Assembly: GCA_963746105.1 (NCBI GenBank)
Contig: CAVVAD010000002.1
Location: 445,047-509,046, forward strand
DNA length: 64,000 nucleotides
Direction of reading: 5' to 3'
DNA from: an uncultured beta proteobacterium
GTDB taxonomy: Bacteria; Pseudomonadota; Gammaproteobacteria; Burkholderiales; Gallionellaceae
The notes beneath the pieces are model-generated. The model was not told the origin of the DNA and ran no database searches. It was given only the letters and a program-made list of their open reading frames with translations. The translations under genes were made by a program, and so were the position numbers. Positions 33,554 to 43,973 of this stretch are shown here, in pieces. Within the stretch, counting starts at the first letter, position 1. Each line of letters starts with the position of its first letter.

Positions 33554-34843
33554 TCACTTAATGCGCTGTGCAATGCGCTGCATCAATTGCCTGGCCAGCG
33601 TCAGCTTGTCCGCGCGCGGCAGAATCTGCCTGCCGCTGTCATCGAACAAAACCAGTTCGCTTGCGTCGCTGCCCACTGCCTGCTGCACCAGATTGCCCAC
33701 CAGCAGCGGCAGCTTTTTGGCGCGGCGCTTTTGCTCGGCATATTCGGCAAGATTTTCGCTCTCGGCAGCGAAGCCAACACAGAACGGCGGATTGGTCAGG
33801 TTGGCGACGTAGGCCAGAATATCCGGGTTGGGAACCAGTTCCAGCGTCAGATTGCCCGCGGTTTTCTTGATCTTTTGTGCGCTGGGCGCTGCGGCACGGT
33901 AATCGGCCACTGCCGCCACGCCGATAAAAATATCGCAATCGGCTACGTGTTGTTTCACCGCCTCGAACATCTGCTCGGCGCTCTGCACATCCACGCATTG
34001 CACGCCATGGGGCTTGGCAAGCGCGGTCGGGCCGGATACCAGCAGCACGTTCGCACCCGATTCCTGCGCTGCCTGCGCGATCGCATAGCCCATCTTGCCC
34101 GAACTCCGGTTGGTGATGCCGCGCACGGCGTCGATCGCCTCGTAGGTCGGACCCGCAGTGACCAGGACGCGCTTGCCGGACAACTTCCTGATCGGCGCCT
34201 GCACCTGTCCCCTTTCCCCCCCGGGGAGGGTTGCGGAGATGGGATCCTTCGATAGCGCGTTAGCGGTGGGCAAAAATGCCGCAATCTCCTGCGCCAGCTG
34301 CGCCGCCTCCAGCATCCGGCCCATGCCCTCCTCCCCGCAGGCCTGCATCCCGCTATCCGGCCCGAGCACCCGAACACCGTCGGCAATCAGCTGCTTCACG
34401 TTGCGCTGGGTCGCGGCATTCAGCCACATCTCGCGATTCATCGCCGGCGCGATGAGCAGCGGGCACACACGCGCCAGACACAAGGCCGAGAGCAGATCAT
34501 CCGCCAGGCCATGCGCAAGCTTGGCGATAAAGTCGGCGCTCGCAGGTGCAATCACGATCGCCTTCGCGCCCCGGCTCAGACCGATGTGTGCCATGTTATT
34601 CGGCACACTCGCATCCCATTGATCCGTGTACACGCGCCTGCCGGACAGTCCCTGCATCGTGGTCGGCGTGACAAAATGGCAAGCCGCCTCGGTCATCACG
34701 ACCTGCACCTCTATGCCCTGCTTTACCAGCAGACGCAGCAGTTCCGCCGCCTTGTATGCCGCGATGCCGCCGCTGACCCCCAGAATCATCCGGGGAATCA
34801 TCCGGTCCGCCGGTGAACCGGGCTGGTTGGATTCTTGTTCCAT
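33554..34843 (-). CDS. coaBC: Bifunctional phosphopantothenoylcysteine decarboxylase/ligase with an expanded interdomain linker
   Basis: [63 protein letters not shown]. Confidence 0.97.
   Translation of the reverse strand: MEQESNQPGSPADRMIPRMILGVSGGIAAYKAAELLRLLVKQGIEVQVVMTEAACHFVTPTTMQGLSGRRVYTDQWDASVPNNMAHIGLSRGAKAIVIAPASADFIAKLAHGLADDLLSALCLARVCPLLIAPAMNREMWLNAATQRNVKQLIADGVRVLGPDSGMQACGEEGMGRMLEAAQLAQEIAAFLPTANALSKDPISATLPGGERGQVQAPIRKLSGKRVLVTAGPTYEAIDAVRGITNRSSGKMGYAIAQAAQESGANVLLVSGPTALAKPHGVQCVDVQSAEQMFEAVKQHVADCDIFIGVAAVADYRAAAPSAQKIKKTAGNLTLELVPNPDILAYVANLTNPPFCVGFAAESENLAEYAEQKRRAKKLPLLVGNLVQQAVGSDASELVLFDDSGRQILPRADKLTLARQLMQRIAQRIK
34208..34243. repeat. CCCTCTCCC...GGGAGAGGG-type palindromic repeat core inside coaBC, read in frame
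   Basis: TCCCCTTTCCCCCCCGGGGAGGGTTGCGGAGATGGG, translated on the minus strand as [12 protein letters not shown]. Confidence 0.65.
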
Positions 34844-34944
34844 AATGCTGCGCATCTTACAAGAAAAGGCACTGCCGCAACCACTGCACATTTTCCAATC
34901 GGGGATTTACGCTGCACGGCATCAAGTATGGATTCAGCGGAAAT

Positions 34945-34973
34945 AAAAACGGGCCGGCAATCATTGCCGGCCC
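34945..34973 (-). terminator. Rho-independent terminator downstream of the small ORF 35107-35220
   Basis: Minus strand GGGCCGGCAAT-G-ATTGCCGGCCC followed by GTTTTT. Confidence 0.75.
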
Positions 34974-35106
34974 ATCGAAGGTGAATTCTGCCAGCCGGAA
35001 ATTTCCCGGCCGGCCGGACTTTACGAAATCAACCCGGAATTTTCAGGCTGGTTGGCGCACGAGTATCTTTACAATCGGTATGCGCTTCAGATGTTGCCCA
35101 AAATTT

Positions 35107-35220
35107 TTATTTTTTCTTCTTACGGTCCCAGTTACGGTCGTCTGTCAGCAGGATAATGCCTACAAAGAGAAACAAACCAATAAAAAACATCGCTACGGAG
35201 CTACCTGCAAAAGCTTCCAT
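35107..35220 (-). CDS. Small 37-aa single-pass membrane protein, below the ORF-track cutoff
   Basis: GAGGAGAGGTGGA RBS; MEAFAGSSVAMFFIGLFLFVGIILLTDDRNWDRKKKK-TAA; terminator downstream. Confidence 0.7.
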   Translation of the reverse strand: MEAFAGSSVAMFFIGLFLFVGIILLTDDRNWDRKKKK

Positions 35221-35596
35221 TCCACCTCTCCTCGTTAATTGATGTTAATACTCCGGAAACACAACGTCATGCCAACTTCCCCAACTCGGCAGAGCAAACA
35301 CTCCGACAGTACAAGCGCTGTTGATTTCATTCCCCCTTAAGGCACGAAAGCAACTTACCCTTATATAGCCGGGGGCATTATAACGCCCATTCAAAAGATT
35401 GGTAATTTTTTTCGTGGCAGCCAAGGTTTATGTTATCTAAGCCACTATCAACCGGCTGAATTGCCATCGTACCAAAACTATCTGGATTTTAAGGGAACGA
35501 GAGTAAAAAGCCAATGGTCCAAAAAAAAACATTTAGGGGAGCTTTTGCATATGTCATAGGATAGTAAATTTCCTGGCATACGGCGGGATTCACTTC

Positions 35597-37339
35597 ATGA
35601 AATCAAAATACACAAGGGCATCAAACTGCCCCGCATTCATGATATCCCTGCTGATTTTCATGGGCGACGGGTATGCCGCCGTGGAAACAGCAGACAATGA
35701 AGAATTACGCAACCGGGCCAGGCAGGAAGCACAAGACCGTGAAAAGCAACTGAAATCGCCCAACGTCAATCTGCAAGGCGAAATTCCCGAAGCAGGCATT
35801 TATCAACTCCCCGCAGCAGAAACCCCGTGCTTTACCGTCAATTCTTTCGTGCTGGAAGTGCCCGGCACGCTTTCACCTGCGGCCCGGCGTTACGGGGCAA
35901 GCAAGCTCCCAATGGACACGTTCCGCTTTGCGCGGGATTTTCTGGAGCAATACAAAGGCGAATGCATCGGGCGCGAGGGAATCAATACGATAGTCAAAGG
36001 CGTTACCGCGAAGATTATTGAACGCGGTTATTCGACCACGCGTGTCCGGATTCCGGAGCAGGACCTGCTGAGTGGCACACTCAAGTTGACTTTGGTGCCG
36101 GGGATCATCCATGAGCTGCGATTTGCGGACCCAAAAACTGCAGGAACTTGGAAGAACGCCTTTCCAACATATCCCGGAAAGTTGCTCAACCTGCGCGACC
36201 TTGAACAGGGACTGGAGCAAATGAAGCGCGCAACTAGCCAGGATGTGGATATACAGATCGTTCCCGCCGGAGCACTGGGTGAGAGCGATGTCATTATTTC
36301 AGTAAAACGCACCAAACCCTGGAAGGTGACGGCCAGCCTGGATGACAGCGGGGCAAAAGGCACCGGAAAGACGCAAGCAGTATTGCAAGTCGGATGGGAC
36401 AACCTGCTAGGTATAAATGACTTGCTAAATATCGGTACCAGCACCGATGCGGAACGCAACAACTACATGCGCGGAACATCGGGCAACAATTTTTCCTATT
36501 CGGTACCGCTCGGTTACTGGACTGGCACCCTATCCGCGAGCGAGTACATGTATCACCAGCGCATCATGGGGGCTGTGCAAAGCTTCGTTTACAGCGGCAA
36601 AATGCAAAATATGGAAGCGAAAATAAACTACCTCTTCCATCGCAACCAATTCAGCAAAACTAGCCTGCAATTCCGTACAGCAAAATTCATCAGCCACGCC
36701 TACGTCGACAACACCGAAGTCATGGTGCAAAAGCGCGACATCACATTTGCCGAAATCGCATTGCTGCACAAACACAACATCGGACAGGGGCAAATCGATA
36801 CTACGCTTGCCTATCAGCAGGGGGTGCCATGGTTTGGTGCACAGATTGATCCTGCCGGCCTGAGCGCAACCAGTCCGCACAACCTCTATTCGCTTGAAAC
36901 GCTGGATGTCACGCTGAACGTGCCATTCCGACTTAACGAACGCCTATTCAGCTTCAGTTCCACGTTCAGCGCGCAAAACAGCAACAGCGCACTTTATGCC
37001 ACCCAATGGTTCGCTATCGGCAATCGCTGGACGGTGCGCGGCTTCGATGGCGAATATCCGATGAACGCCGAAAAAGGATTCTTTCTGCGCAACGAGCTCA
37101 GCATACCCATCACCGGTACTGCGCAATCCGCCTACGTTGGCCTCGACTTCGGCAAGGTGTATGGCGACAACACAGCCACGCTGCTGGGCAACAAATTGGC
37201 GGGATTCGTGACCGGACTCAGGGGAAGTCTGATGCAGGACGTGATGTATGAAGTCTTTGCAGGGATGGCGCTATACAAGCCGAAACAATATCCAACCGAC
37301 CAACCCGCTGCAGGCTTTAGTTTGATCTACCAAATTTGA
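35597..37339 (+). CDS. TpsB (ShlB/FhaC/HecB/CdiB) two-partner-secretion transporter
   Basis: POTRA (ERGYSTTRV, LNLRDLEQGLEQMKR), DDSGAKGTGK, IGNRWTVRGFDG VRGF loop, C-terminal barrel. Confidence 0.95.
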   Translation: MKSKYTRASNCPAFMISLLIFMGDGYAAVETADNEELRNRARQEAQDREKQLKSPNVNLQGEIPEAGIYQLPAAETPCFTVNSFVLEVPGTLSPAARRYGASKLPMDTFRFARDFLEQYKGECIGREGINTIVKGVTAKIIERGYSTTRVRIPEQDLLSGTLKLTLVPGIIHELRFADPKTAGTWKNAFPTYPGKLLNLRDLEQGLEQMKRATSQDVDIQIVPAGALGESDVIISVKRTKPWKVTASLDDSGAKGTGKTQAVLQVGWDNLLGINDLLNIGTSTDAERNNYMRGTSGNNFSYSVPLGYWTGTLSASEYMYHQRIMGAVQSFVYSGKMQNMEAKINYLFHRNQFSKTSLQFRTAKFISHAYVDNTEVMVQKRDITFAEIALLHKHNIGQGQIDTTLAYQQGVPWFGAQIDPAGLSATSPHNLYSLETLDVTLNVPFRLNERLFSFSSTFSAQNSNSALYATQWFAIGNRWTVRGFDGEYPMNAEKGFFLRNELSIPITGTAQSAYVGLDFGKVYGDNTATLLGNKLAGFVTGLRGSLMQDVMYEVFAGMALYKPKQYPTDQPAAGFSLIYQI

Positions 37340-37366
37340 CACGGCAAATATGAATCAGCGGTAACG

Positions 37367-39901
37367 ATGAAAACAGAGAGGTCACCTATGAGCACAGGTA
37401 ATCAAGCGAATATTGAACAGAACCTGAACAGCAATACGCTGGTTCGGCAGTCGCGCTTGCGTCGCGTGGTTGCCCGGCTCACCTTCGTTGCCTATATCGG
37501 ACAACCGATGATCGTCACCGCACAGGTTATTGCCGACCAGGCGGCCGCTGCAAACAAACGTCCCGTTATCGACACCACCGCCAACGGAATACCTCTGGTA
37601 CAGATCGCCACACCCAATGTAGCGAGCCTCTCGCACAACCAATATACCCAATTCAACGTCGACCCTGCCGGGCTGATACTCAACAACAGCCCGACGGCCG
37701 TTCTCACCCAACAAGCGGGCTTTGTAGCGGGAAATCAGAATTTGGCCAACGGCGCTGCCCGTATCATTCTTAACGAAGTGACCAGCACCAGCCGCAGTCA
37801 ACTGAATGGCTACCTCGAAGTGGCAGGATCGCAAGCCGAAGTCATGGTTGCCAATCCCAATGGAATTACTTGCAACGGCTGTGGCTTTATCAATACCAGC
37901 CGTGGCGTGCTTGCTACCGGTACGCCCGTCCTGGGTACGAGCGGTAATCTTGACTCACTTCGTGTGACGGGGGGAGACATTCAGATCGGTGCGGCGGGAT
38001 TGAATGCAGGCAATATCAGTCAGCTCGACCTCATTGCGCGCAGCGTCCAGGTCAACAGCCAACTCTGGGCGAACAATTTAAACGTCATTACTGGTGCGAA
38101 CCTCGTCAACTACAACAACCTGGGCGTGCAGATTATTGCGGGCGACGCCAACAAACCCATTGTCGGCATCGACATTGCCTTGCTTGGCGGCATGTACGCT
38201 AACAAGATTCGCCTCATTGGTACCGAAACCGGTGTGGGAGTGAACAGTCTGGGCACACTCGCTGCTCAAGTGGGCGACTTTACGCTAAATAACCAAGGGC
38301 AGATCACTTTGGGCGGTAGCACCACAGCCAGCGGCAATATCAGCGTTTACAGCAACACCGGCATCACCAACACGGGCACTATTGCTAGCCAGCAAACAAC
38401 CCAACTTACCAGCATCGGCCATATTCTAAATGGCACGGGTGCCACCCTAAATGCAGGCAATACCGTGTTGAACGCCGTCACGGGCGACATCACCAACAAC
38501 GGTTACATCTATGGCAACCAGATCAACACGCAGAGCAACAATTTCTACAACAACTATTCGATCATCGGAAACGTCGTCAATCTGACTGCGAACAATCTTT
38601 ACAACACCGGCGGCACGGCATTCATCGGCGCGACACAAACGGCTAATCTGGTTGTCGCCAATGCACTTGCGAATACAGGCGGGGCAGATATCAACAGTTT
38701 GAACGACATCAATATCGGTTCCGACGTTACCGTACAAGCCAACGGATATCTGACCGGCAATGCGGTCAGCGTACTGAATCAATCCTCTACTATTGAAGCT
38801 ACGGGTAACTTGCGATTTGCGGCCAACACCGTTAACAACCAGCGCACCGTGGTGGGACTGGAGTATGCTCCGTCGTGGACGGGTACACCCGTTGTCAACA
38901 CACCGGTAGTCGGCGGGTCCACTGTATATAGCTACACTCCGACTTACGCCGATCAACAATTCACCGCCACAACTACCCCTGCTGCCCAACTTTTGTCCGG
39001 TGCCAACATGTGGATTGGCGGCAGTACACTGAATAACAACTACAGTTCCATTATCGCGGGCGGAACATTGACCGCGCAAATGGCGATTAACAATTATGGA
39101 CCCCAGTTCTTGAAAAGCGAGACCTGGTCCGGGACATCCAGTGTCTGGGTGTCGACATATCACCCTCAGCAAGGCAGTTGCGGTTGGATAAGCGTGGGTT
39201 GTGTTAATGCTTATGTCTCCTGGGCGCTCGTCACTACGCCTTACTTGTCTACACAGATCCCCACCCCGATATCGGGCCTAAATTACACCAATCAGAATAG
39301 TTCGCCATCCGCATATCTTGCAGCCAAAAGCAATTCGACGGTCGCGCTTCCCACCAGCAGTCTGTACTCCATACATCCGCAGCCGGGTCAGCCATATCTG
39401 GTGGTCACCGACCCGCGTTTCGCCAACTACGCCAATTTCATATCCAGCAACTACATGTTGAGCCGCCTGTCGCTGGATCCGCAGCAAATGCAATTGCGTT
39501 TGGGGGATGGTTTCTATGAACAGCAACTGGTGACGCAACAGGTTACCGCCTACACGGGTCTCATCTATCTGGGCGGATACACCGATGCCGAGTCGCAATT
39601 CATTGCGCTGATGAATTCAGGGATAGATGCGGCGAAAGATTTCAATCTCACCGTCGGTGTGGCTCTGACCACTGAACAGATCAACTCTCTTAAGCATGAC
39701 ATTGTCTGGATGGTAAATCGCAGCGTGACTTTGCCGAACGGGACGACCGAACACGTTCTGGCCCCGCAGGTCTATTTGTCCAGCGTGCAGGAGGCAGACC
39801 TCAAAACGAGCGGCGCATTGATCTCGGCGAATGTGACCAACATCAACGCGCAACGTCAACAACAGCGGCACCATCCGCGCCGACACTGCGCTCTCGATTA
39901 A
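37367..39901 (+). CDS. TpsA N-terminal fragment: TPS secretion domain, FHA-1 repeats and YP-like region
   Basis: SHNQYTQFNV, ARIILNEVTS, NPNGITCNGCGFIN, GGMYANKIRLI, YLVVTDPRF...LRLGDGFYEQQLV. Confidence 0.9.
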   Translation: MKTERSPMSTGNQANIEQNLNSNTLVRQSRLRRVVARLTFVAYIGQPMIVTAQVIADQAAAANKRPVIDTTANGIPLVQIATPNVASLSHNQYTQFNVDPAGLILNNSPTAVLTQQAGFVAGNQNLANGAARIILNEVTSTSRSQLNGYLEVAGSQAEVMVANPNGITCNGCGFINTSRGVLATGTPVLGTSGNLDSLRVTGGDIQIGAAGLNAGNISQLDLIARSVQVNSQLWANNLNVITGANLVNYNNLGVQIIAGDANKPIVGIDIALLGGMYANKIRLIGTETGVGVNSLGTLAAQVGDFTLNNQGQITLGGSTTASGNISVYSNTGITNTGTIASQQTTQLTSIGHILNGTGATLNAGNTVLNAVTGDITNNGYIYGNQINTQSNNFYNNYSIIGNVVNLTANNLYNTGGTAFIGATQTANLVVANALANTGGADINSLNDINIGSDVTVQANGYLTGNAVSVLNQSSTIEATGNLRFAANTVNNQRTVVGLEYAPSWTGTPVVNTPVVGGSTVYSYTPTYADQQFTATTTPAAQLLSGANMWIGGSTLNNNYSSIIAGGTLTAQMAINNYGPQFLKSETWSGTSSVWVSTYHPQQGSCGWISVGCVNAYVSWALVTTPYLSTQIPTPISGLNYTNQNSSPSAYLAAKSNSTVALPTSSLYSIHPQPGQPYLVVTDPRFANYANFISSNYMLSRLSLDPQQMQLRLGDGFYEQQLVTQQVTAYTGLIYLGGYTDAESQFIALMNSGIDAAKDFNLTVGVALTTEQINSLKHDIVWMVNRSVTLPNGTTEHVLAPQVYLSSVQEADLKTSGALISANVTNINAQRQQQRHHPRRHCALD

Positions 39902-42196
39902 TGCGGACGACATCACCAATCAGGGCGGTACAATCAGCAGCGGTGGCAGCAACACACTGGTAGCCGGCAACGACATCCTCAATCTGTCCGGCAACATCAG
40001 CGGTGCGGATGTCAGCCTGACCGCCGGACGTGACATTGGCAACGCACTTACCGGCCAGTCGGTTAACCGCACGTTCGCCAACGGCACCGTGAACGGTACC
40101 GATCTTAGTACGGCAGCCGGTATCAATGCCACCAATTCGCTGAGCATGAATGCCGGGCGAGACGTCTCTATCATGGCCGCGGCGGTCAATGTGGGCGGCG
40201 ATGCCACGATCAACGCAGGGCGTAACCTGACCGTCGGGGTACTCACAGCCACCAATTCTGCAACCGCAAATCAAAATGCAGTGTATCGTACCGATGTCAC
40301 CCAACTGACCAGCAATATCCAGGCTGGGGGTAACCTCAACCTTGCCTCCGGCAGCGACATGCACCTGACATCTGCGGCACTTGGCGCCGGCAAAGACGCG
40401 GTGCTGGTGTCGGGCGGCGACCTGACCATCGATGCCAGCAAGAACGGCACCGCCTCCGGTTACAACACCGGTTCGGCGACAGGGCGCTTCAACGACGAAA
40501 CCGTACTCGGTTCCACACTGAAGGCAGGCGGCAATGTCACCCTGGTCGCCACACAGCTGAATGCAGGCGGTGCGACACAAGGTGGCGATGGAGGCAGCAC
40601 CGCCGGGCGCAGCGACGGCAAGGGCAACATTAGCCTGCAAAGCACCGACATCACCAGCAAGACCGGCACGCTCACGGTTGCTGCGGATGCCAACGTCAAC
40701 ATCGGCACGGCAGCAGAGCATCACGATGCTTACACCGAGTCGCATGCGACCGGAAGCAGTCTGTTCACAAACACCACACTCGATGTGCGTAACCAAAGCA
40801 GCCGCACCGGCAACATCGGCAGCAACCTGAGTGCCGACAGCATCAGTATCACCAGCGGCAAGAACATCGACGTTGTCGGCAGCACCGCCAGCGCCGAGCA
40901 CGACATCAACGTGGCCGCGATGGGTGATGTCAATCTCTCTGCGGCTACCAACACCTATAGCTCGGACCACTACAGCCACGAGACCACCACCGGCCTGCAA
41001 TTCAGTGGTGGCAACCCATTCAGCATCACCGACATGGGTCCCGACATCACCAGCAAGGCCCATACCGACGGCACCCGGCAAAGCTTCAGCCGCAGCAGTT
41101 TCACCAGCAATAGCGGCAATCTGAGCGTCATGGCCGGCCGCAAACTCATCGCCGGCGGTACCGACCTGGCCGCCAATGCCGGCGACCTTGCATTAACCGC
41201 AGGCGGAACCGTCGCCCTGCTGGCTGGCCAGGACACGCTGTAACCGAAACAGCAGCACCGTCACGGTCACCAATCCCAATTTCTTCACCAAGCAGCGCCA
41301 TACCATCACGGACACCTATATCAGCCTCGACTACCATGGGAGCACAGCACGAGGCAGCAATGTCAATATCAACAGCGGAGCCAACATCGTTCTCCAGGTA
41401 GCTCAAATCGCTTCGGGAGAAGAAAAGTTTCTTGGATCGGGCTCAGGAACAATGTCAACCTTTCCCGGTACTGGCATCGACCTGGCGCCGGGGGCGACAT
41501 CCAACTGCTTGCAGCCGCAATAGCGCCAGCAGCAAGCGTCAGGAAACGCTGCAAACCGACGGTGCGCTGCTTCAGAACAACGGATGGATCGATTACTTTT
41601 CCGACCGCCGAAAAAACAACCAGGTCGAAAACCAGAACGGACTACCCAGGTCACCAGCCTTGTCAGCGCAGGGAAGTTCGCCGCCCACTCTGGTGGAGAT
41701 ATCCTGATCGAGGCCAGCACATTGAGATGCCCAAGGATCGATAGATCTTTCGCCGGCAGCTCCCGAACCATAGTCAGGACAGTCACGCTTGGGCAAACCC
41801 CTTTTGGTCAGGCACAGGATAGCTACGATGGCAAAATTACCTTCACACGGCAATGGATAGTATCTACACCAGTGTTGCCGACAGCGGCAACTCCCTTTCC
41901 TGGCAAGGCCAGGACAGCCACGGCAGCTATAGTGAGACCATCAAGCTTGCCAATGTCAGACAGGCCAAATGCTGGACGTCTATGCCGCTGGAGGTATGGT
42001 CATCAATATCCCGGAGTTGGCCGTCGCACCCCTCCCACGTCGCAAATCTATGCACACGGAAACATTGCAAACCCAGTACCCCTGACCGCAGAACGCTAAC
42101 AAAGCAACGCCAGGCCGATCTTGAGCTTCATCTCCAGAATCTCGCCAGTCAACCCGGACAGGAATGGATTGGTCAACTCGCGCATGATCCCGGCTG

Positions 42197-43273
42197 ATGG
42201 TGCAACTTCAACAGGTGGCAGCCAAAGCCCAACACTGGGATTACTCGCACGACGGATTGACCCCGGAAGCAGCTGCGGTGATCGTCATCGTCGTGACCTA
42301 TCTCAGTGCTGGCACAGCCGGCAGCGCGGCAGGCACCATGACGGGTGTGGCCGCAGGCACCACTACCGTGACTTCTGCCGCCGTTGCAGCGGGCATCACT
42401 ACGCTGACCAGTCAAGCGGCTGTCGCATTCTTCAACAACAAAGGCGACATCGGCGAAACATTGAACGACATGGGCAAGAGCGAAAACGTGCGCAACACCA
42501 TTGCTGCGATGATCACCGCCGGCGTGACCCAGGATTATTTAAGAAAATACAATCTGGAAAGTTATGCTGCGAAAGCACTGACCGGCTGCGTCACCGGCGA
42601 CATGGCTGGAAACGGCTGTCAGCATGGCGCGACCACTGCGGCTGTCATGGCTGGATCGACATGGGCAAATGATGCAATGCGAACTGCTATGGTCGATGAT
42701 TCGAAAACATTCACGGGAGTTACAGATGCTAATGATCCATCCGGAAAAATGTTTAACAACACCACTGGTGGTGGGAGTGCAGGAATTGATGGTGATGGCT
42801 TACGAGTTGCAGGAACACGCATCAACATCAAAGGGCTGCAAGAATTTGGCACCATGACTCCAGTAACACCCAACAACCCCAATACTCTTTGGATGTTCGC
42901 AGGAAATACCAATCCGGCAACCGGACAACCCTTTTCCTTGACCGAAGCACTCGCCGCGCAAGGCGGGTTCACGGGCGGAACGCAGGCGCTATTACCGACC
43001 TTTGCCGGAATGCCCGTATCGCCCGGCAGATTCCTGGACAAGCTGCAGGAATCATTTGCCGGCCCGCATGATTACTTGGGTGGAGTCATAGAGGGCGGTT
43101 ATGACAATCTGGGCAACTGGAAGGCGACCAGCGACACCGCCGACTATATCCGGGGTTTCATGGCAGACATCAATATCCCGCTGGCAATCCCGCTGGCGAT
43201 TCCCACTTTGTTACAGCAGATCAACTTCGACCCGGTGGCAATGAGCAACACAATCCATAACGAGACCGATTGA
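42197..43273 (+). CDS. Intact C-terminal module: DUF637-like region plus uncharacterised C-terminal (putative toxin) domain
   Basis: WDYSHDGLTPEAAAVIVIVVT...LTSQAAVAFFNNKGDIGETLNDMG (DUF637-like), followed by GGFTGG...SPGRFLDKLQESFAGPHDYLGG...YDNLGN. Confidence 0.7.
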   Translation: MVQLQQVAAKAQHWDYSHDGLTPEAAAVIVIVVTYLSAGTAGSAAGTMTGVAAGTTTVTSAAVAAGITTLTSQAAVAFFNNKGDIGETLNDMGKSENVRNTIAAMITAGVTQDYLRKYNLESYAAKALTGCVTGDMAGNGCQHGATTAAVMAGSTWANDAMRTAMVDDSKTFTGVTDANDPSGKMFNNTTGGGSAGIDGDGLRVAGTRINIKGLQEFGTMTPVTPNNPNTLWMFAGNTNPATGQPFSLTEALAAQGGFTGGTQALLPTFAGMPVSPGRFLDKLQESFAGPHDYLGGVIEGGYDNLGNWKATSDTADYIRGFMADINIPLAIPLAIPTLLQQINFDPVAMSNTIHNETD

Positions 43274-43923
43274 ACATGGACCGGCATTTGATCCGCAGGG
43301 ATCTCACAGCCCTGGCAACCATCATGCTGTTGGTCGCATGCCAGACGATACCAAAGTGGGACAAGGAGACGATTGATAACCCGATTGAAGATGGCCGTTG
43401 CCCAGATTTGTCAGGCCGATTCAATTATGAACATCTTGGCGCAAAAGACACCAGAGGAATGGATTCGATACTTGGTGAGAACCTAACTAGCGAACTACCG
43501 GCAAATCAAATCGACAGGCGAACGTATAAGGCCACCACGGAGCCATCTACCTCAAAATATATAAGGGTAGATTCTTCGATGCCTATCCAGGGCACAGTAA
43601 TTGTCTCGCTAACACGTTTAGACAAGATTGGACGAAAGTATCATGTCAGGGTTGATTGGGATAAGGAAGGATTGCTCGGGGAATACGATATTGCATTCGA
43701 TCAAACGTGGATTTGTTCCGGAGATAAACTTATCCGGTCGGTGAAGAGTACACTACACGAGAGACCCAATCCCGATGAAATCGATCCCAGGGACTATCGC
43801 AGGATTTACCTGTTGCCGAACGGCAATATCCGGGTAGACAGAAAACACAATTACATATACATGCGGAATCAGAATCATTTCGTAAGATATTACGAAAGCC
43901 GGGTGTTTGCTCGAGTGCCGTGA
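43270..43923 (+). CDS. Predicted lipoprotein, candidate immunity protein
   Basis: Lipobox LLVAC after a hydrophobic stretch; TTGA overlap with the upstream stop; markedly AT-richer. Confidence 0.65.
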   Translation: MNMDRHLIRRDLTALATIMLLVACQTIPKWDKETIDNPIEDGRCPDLSGRFNYEHLGAKDTRGMDSILGENLTSELPANQIDRRTYKATTEPSTSKYIRVDSSMPIQGTVIVSLTRLDKIGRKYHVRVDWDKEGLLGEYDIAFDQTWICSGDKLIRSVKSTLHERPNPDEIDPRDYRRIYLLPNGNIRVDRKHNYIYMRNQNHFVRYYESRVFARVP

Positions 43924-43973
43924 ATCGATATTGCATCAGCCATTACAAACTGAACCTCCACCAAACCATCAGA

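Larger units (their letters stand above)
37367..43273 (+). pseudogene. Fragmented TpsA / CdiA-like filamentous haemagglutinin-family exoprotein
   Basis: Continuous haemagglutinin-like homology across frames: 37367-~39850, 39852-41240, short pieces over 41242-42195, then 42197-43273. About 10-11 frame changes when followed by hand. Confidence 0.85.

Noticed and set aside
35235-35330. 31-aa minus-strand ORF MKSTALVLSECLLCRVGEVGMTLCFRSININ with an AAGGGGG RBS, upstream of the 37-aa gene
   Set aside because: No recognisable features and no way to test conservation. It could be chance in an AT-rich spacer.
39840-42200. Phase variation (slipped-strand) as the cause of the tpsA frameshifts
   Set aside because: Most shift points are not in homopolymers or short tandem repeats, and there are too many to be reversible.
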